NCBI GenBank assembly: GCA_043228905.1 | Contig: JBHGNT010000001.1 | Span: forward strand, 26,474,001 to 26,538,000 | DNA length: 64,000 nt | Direction of reading: 5' to 3' | From: Azolla caroliniana | Taxonomy: Eukaryota > Plantae > Polypodiophyta | Shown here: one piece after another, positions 59,948 to 64,000 of the stretch | Numbering within the stretch: the first letter of the stretch is position 1 | Layout: the number at the start of each line of letters is the position of its first letter | Notes under the pieces: model-generated | The model's input: only the letters and a program-made list of their open reading frames with translations | What the model was told of the DNA's origin: nothing | The model's database searches: none | Made by a program: the position numbers and the translations under genes

Positions 59948-60554
59948 ATAGTTGATTTACTATTACTTTATCAAAAACACGACTATTAAAGTTGTAGCAT
60001 TTATGTTTGCTGATGCATATTCTAAATTACTTTCTGGTTCTCAAAATGATAGTGGATTACAATAATATTAAAGCTTAACATCCATTTTGTCAGATTCGAA
60101 CCAACGACCTAAGGATCACAATAAGTTATGTACAGTCCTCCGCTCTACTACTTGAGGTAAGGCTAGATGACTTGTATGAACTCCGCAAAAGAATAATGTA
60201 TTATCATGAATTGAATGCTTGCGATTTGATATCTCCAATCCTACCTAACGACCCAAGGATCATACTAGTTTGTTACCTACAAAATTTCGCTTTAACAACT
60301 GATCTAAGGTTGGATAGATTATTTACAAAATTACATTTGACAGTCTAAAAAGTTTATATAGATGCATACCGTGTTTCCTCAAAAGTATAAAGGGTAATCA
60401 TCGTCAGAAAGCTTTAGATCTTAGCACTCGTATTAGAACTAACGATAAAAGCAACATAAATAGCAACCATTATTTTCAAGATTCTAAAATTTCTTTTTAT
60501 TTATGCACAACGTGGATTAGTAGACTAATCTACAACTAGTTAGAAAGCTTGAGA

Positions 60555-60639
60555 TCCGAGTCGTTGGATTTGAACCAACGACCTAAGGATCAGGTGGGCC
60601 AACTACAGTCCTCCACTCTTCCAAGTGAGCTAAGGTAAG
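60555..60639 (-). pseudogene. Degenerate tRNA-Tyr
   Basis: Acceptor and D stems disrupted. Confidence 0.75.
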
Positions 60640-61436
60640 ATAGTTGACTAAATTACTTTATCAATAACACACTTATTAAAGTTCTAATATTTATGTTTAT
60701 TGAAGCATAATCTAAATTACTTTTTAAATTACTTTTTGGTTCTTAAAATGATAGTGGATTACCATAATATTAAAGCTTAACATCCATTCTGTCATATTCA
60801 AACCAATGACCTAAGGATCACAATAAGCTATGTACAGTCCTCTACTCCTCCAATTAAGCTAAGGCTAGATGATTGTTGTAACTACATTTAATCATATAAA
60901 ATTAATTTATATACATGTATATTGTGTATCCTCAAAACAAGAATGCATTAGCATGGTATGAAAGTTTGATATCTAACCTCTCGGATTTGAATGAATGAGC
61001 CCGACACCAAAATAGGGCAACTACAGTCCTCCAGTCTATTAATAGAGCAAAAAGGCATATTGTATGGACTCTGCAAAAGAATAATGCATTACCATGCATT
61101 GAATGCTTGAGATTTGACCTATGAAATTCTAACTAATAGTCTACCTAAAGATCATAGTAGGACAACTACATATCTTTGCTCTAGCAACTGACCTAAGTTG
61201 AGTAGTTTATTAACAAAGTTACATTTGACAATTGAAAACCTTAATATGAATGCATATTGTGTTTCCTCAAAAGTATAATGGATTACCATCGTACGAAAGC
61301 TTTAAATCTTATGTCTTGTATTCGAACTAACGATACAAGCAACATAAATAGCAACCATTACTTTTAAGATTGTAAAATTTATTTTTATTTATGCACATTG
61401 TAGATTAGTAGACTACCATCATATGAATGTCTTAAA

Positions 61437-61522
61437 TCTGACTTGTCGGATTTGAACCAACGACTTAAGGATCACAGTAGGCCAACTATTGGCCTCCGCT
61501 CTACCAACCTAGCTAAGGTCGG
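61437..61522 (-). pseudogene. Degenerate tRNA-Tyr
   Basis: Anticodon loop mutated. Confidence 0.75.
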
Positions 61523-62311
61523 ATAGTCGTTATACAAAATTACTTTATTAATAACATGATTATTAAAGTTGTAATATTCATATTTATTGATGCATTTTCT
61601 AAATTACTTTTTGGTTCTCAAAATGATAATGGATTACCACAATATTAAAGCATAACATTCAACCTGTCAGATTCGAACCAACGACCTAAGGATCACAATA
61701 AGTTATGTACAGTCCTCCGCTCTACCAATTAAGGTAAGGCTAGATGATTGATCTAGTTACATTTAATTATATAAAATTAATTTATCTACATGTATATCAT
61801 GTATCCTCAAAAGAGGAATGCATTAGCATGGTATGAATGTTTGATATCGAACATGTCGGATTTGAACTAAGGAGCACAACACCACAATAGGGCAACTATA
61901 GTGCTCCGATCTATTAACAGACGGAAGACGCATATGGGATGGACTCCGCTAAAGAATAATGCATTACCATGAATTGAACAATTGCGATTTGACCTCTCTA
62001 ATTCTAACTAACAACCCAAGGATCATACTAGTACGACAACTACAAATCTTCACTCTAGCAACTGACCTAACGTTGGATAGTTTATTAACAAAATTACATT
62101 TGATAAGCTAAAAGGTTTATATAGATGCATATTGTGCTTCCTCAAAAGTATAAAGGCTTATCATCGTAAGAAAGATTTAGATCTTACCTCTGCTATTTGA
62201 ACTAACAGTACAAGCAACATAAATAACAACCATTCCTTTTAAGATTCTAATATTTATTTTTATTTATGCACATTGTGGATTAGTACACTACTATCATAGG
62301 AAAGTTTGAGA

Positions 62312-62394
62312 TTCGACCTGTCGAATTCGAACCAACGACCTAAGGATCACAATAGGCCAACTACAATCCACTCTATCAACGGAGTTAAGCTCGG
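62312..62394 (-). pseudogene. Degenerate tRNA-Tyr
   Basis: Small deletion and multiple substitutions. Confidence 0.75.
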
Positions 62395-63180
62395 ATAGTT
62401 GATCTATCAGTCATCATTATTTTATTAATAAGACGAGTATTACAGTTGTAATATTTATGTTTATTGATGCGTATTGTAAATTACTTTTAGGTTTTGAAAA
62501 TGATAGTGGATTACCATAATATTAAAGCTTAACATCCATGTTGTTAGATTCAAACCAACGACCTAAGTATCACAATAAGTTATGTACAGTCCTCCGCTCT
62601 ACCAATTGAGGTAAGGGTAGATGATTGATCTAATTACATTTAATTATATAAAATTAATTTATCTACATGTATATTGTGTATCCTCAAAAGAAGGATTCAT
62701 TAGCATGGTATGAATGTTTGATATCTAACCTCTCCGATTTAAACTAATGAGCCCAACACCACAATAGTTTAACTATAGTTCTCCAATCTATTAACGGAGC
62801 TAAAAGGCATATATTGTATGGACTCTGCAAAAGAATATTGCCTTACCATGGATTGAACGCTTGAGATTTGACCTCTCGAATTCTAACTAACAGTCTACCT
62901 AAAGATCATAGTAGGACAACTACAAATCTTTGCTCTAGCAACTGACCTAAGGTTGGAGAGTTTATTAACAAAATTACATTTGTTAATCGAAAAAGTTTAT
63001 ATAGATGCATATTGTGTTTCCTCAAAAGTATAATGTATGATGATCGTAAGAAAGCTTTAGATCTTACCTCTCATATTCGGACTAACGATACAAGCAACAT
63101 AAATAACAACCATTACTTTTAAGATTCTAATATTTATTTTTATTTATGCACATTGTGGATCTAGATATGAAAGCTTGAGA

Positions 63181-63266
63181 TACTACCTATCGGATTCAAA
63201 ACAACGACCTAAGGATCACAATAGGCTAACTACAATTCTCCGCTTTACTATTTGAGCTAAGGTTGG
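63181..63266 (-). pseudogene. Degenerate tRNA-Tyr
   Basis: Heavily substituted copy at the array edge. Confidence 0.7.
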
Positions 63267-63341
63267 ATAGTTGATATACAAAATTACTTTATCAATAATA
63301 AGACTGTTAAAGTTCTAATATTCATGTTTGTTTATGCATAT

Positions 63342-64000
63342 TGTGGTGTCCCTTTCATGCGAGTGCATGCCTTTTATCACACGACCCTTTTAGCACACCC
63401 TGTGCCCTTTTGGGACGCGTGTAGATAGGCCGGCCCAAATTGGGTACATTTTTATCTTCTATAAATTGAAATTTGATAAGGAAGAAGCTAGGCAAGTTGG
63501 TTTGGTTTCCTTTTATGTGTGTTTTACATCATTGGTTGAGAATCGGGGTAAAATTTTAGCCATTACCACCTCGTTCATGGCATCCTAATTCCCTCTCGTC
63601 GCCTCAAACATTGATAGCCAGATGGAGCCCGAGTTCTCGCAACCTCACAAAAAACCACACCCTTTCCAAATCGAGGAGCTCCTCCAACTCTTCTCCAACG
63701 CCATGCTTCAAATCAACCACACAAATCAAGCTATGCTCTGCTTCACTTTGAGATGATCTCCAGTTACCATCGATGGTCTGACGAGTGCAAAGCTTTGGAA
63801 GTTCGTACCCTGCTCGAAAATGTCGCTACTGTGAAAGTGTTTTTAGAATTCAAGGTATTGAAGTCTACAAAAATATAAGGTATGGAGAATTCACACCCGA
63901 AGGGCAAGATCACGAGCTAAGGTCTTGAGGATAAGTCAAACAAAAAGCAAGTCACGTGGAGAAAAGTAAAAGAAGAAAAAAGCGGGCACCAAAATGCAGT
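63342..64000. other. Non-array sequence, possibly the start of another LTR element
   Basis: The array unit breaks abruptly at TGTGGTGTCCC; no second end is visible in the window. Confidence 0.35.

Larger units (their letters stand above)
42583..63342 (-). repeat. Tandem array of tRNA-Tyr(GUA) genes and pseudogenes, ~870-bp unit with 1745-bp and 2158-bp higher-order periods
   Basis: About 27 main tRNA copies; A-type copies at 46595, 48337, 50082, 51827, 53985, 56143 and 57902 give spacings 1742, 1745, 1745, 2158, 2158 and 1759. Confidence 0.96.

Noticed and set aside
44817-61522. Anticodon-shifted or suppressor tRNAs among mutated copies (44817, 61437)
   Set aside because: The anticodon changes occur only in copies with multiple broken stems, so they are decay.
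42583-63342. CRISPR-like repeat-spacer array
   Set aside because: The repeats are 86-bp tRNA genes, the spacers are homologous to each other, there are no cas genes and the context is eukaryotic.

Overview
Eukaryotic nuclear DNA, most likely a land plant (plant-type tRNA-Tyr, tRNA-Trp, tRNA-iMet and tRNA-Arg signatures; the retroelement mix suggests a non-seed plant, which is inference only). No host protein-coding gene is evident. Bases 1-~42580 are a six-level nest of decayed LTR retrotransposons: Athila-like Gypsy A > Copia1 > Copia remnant H > tRNA-Trp-primed Gypsy C > Gypsy D > solo LTR E1 and Copia F. A Tcn1/Tf1-like Gypsy G also sits in C, and a full-length Athila-like Gypsy B sits in A. 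Bases ~42580-63340 are a ~21-kb tandem array of intron-containing tRNA-Tyr(GUA) genes on the minus strand, with about 27 main copies of which only 4-5 look intact. The array is organised like a higher-order satellite: ancient ~130-220-bp tRNA monomer > ~870-bp unit > 1745-bp A/B dimer > 2158-bp rearranged unit. The most notable signals are this tRNA satellite, a tRNA-type Pol III promoter inside an LTR family, CG-centred 4-bp target duplications, a -1 frameshift pseudoknot placed after the protease, self-priming and heat-shock elements in G, and a large extra 3' ORF in A and B. All coordinates and counts were read by eye.
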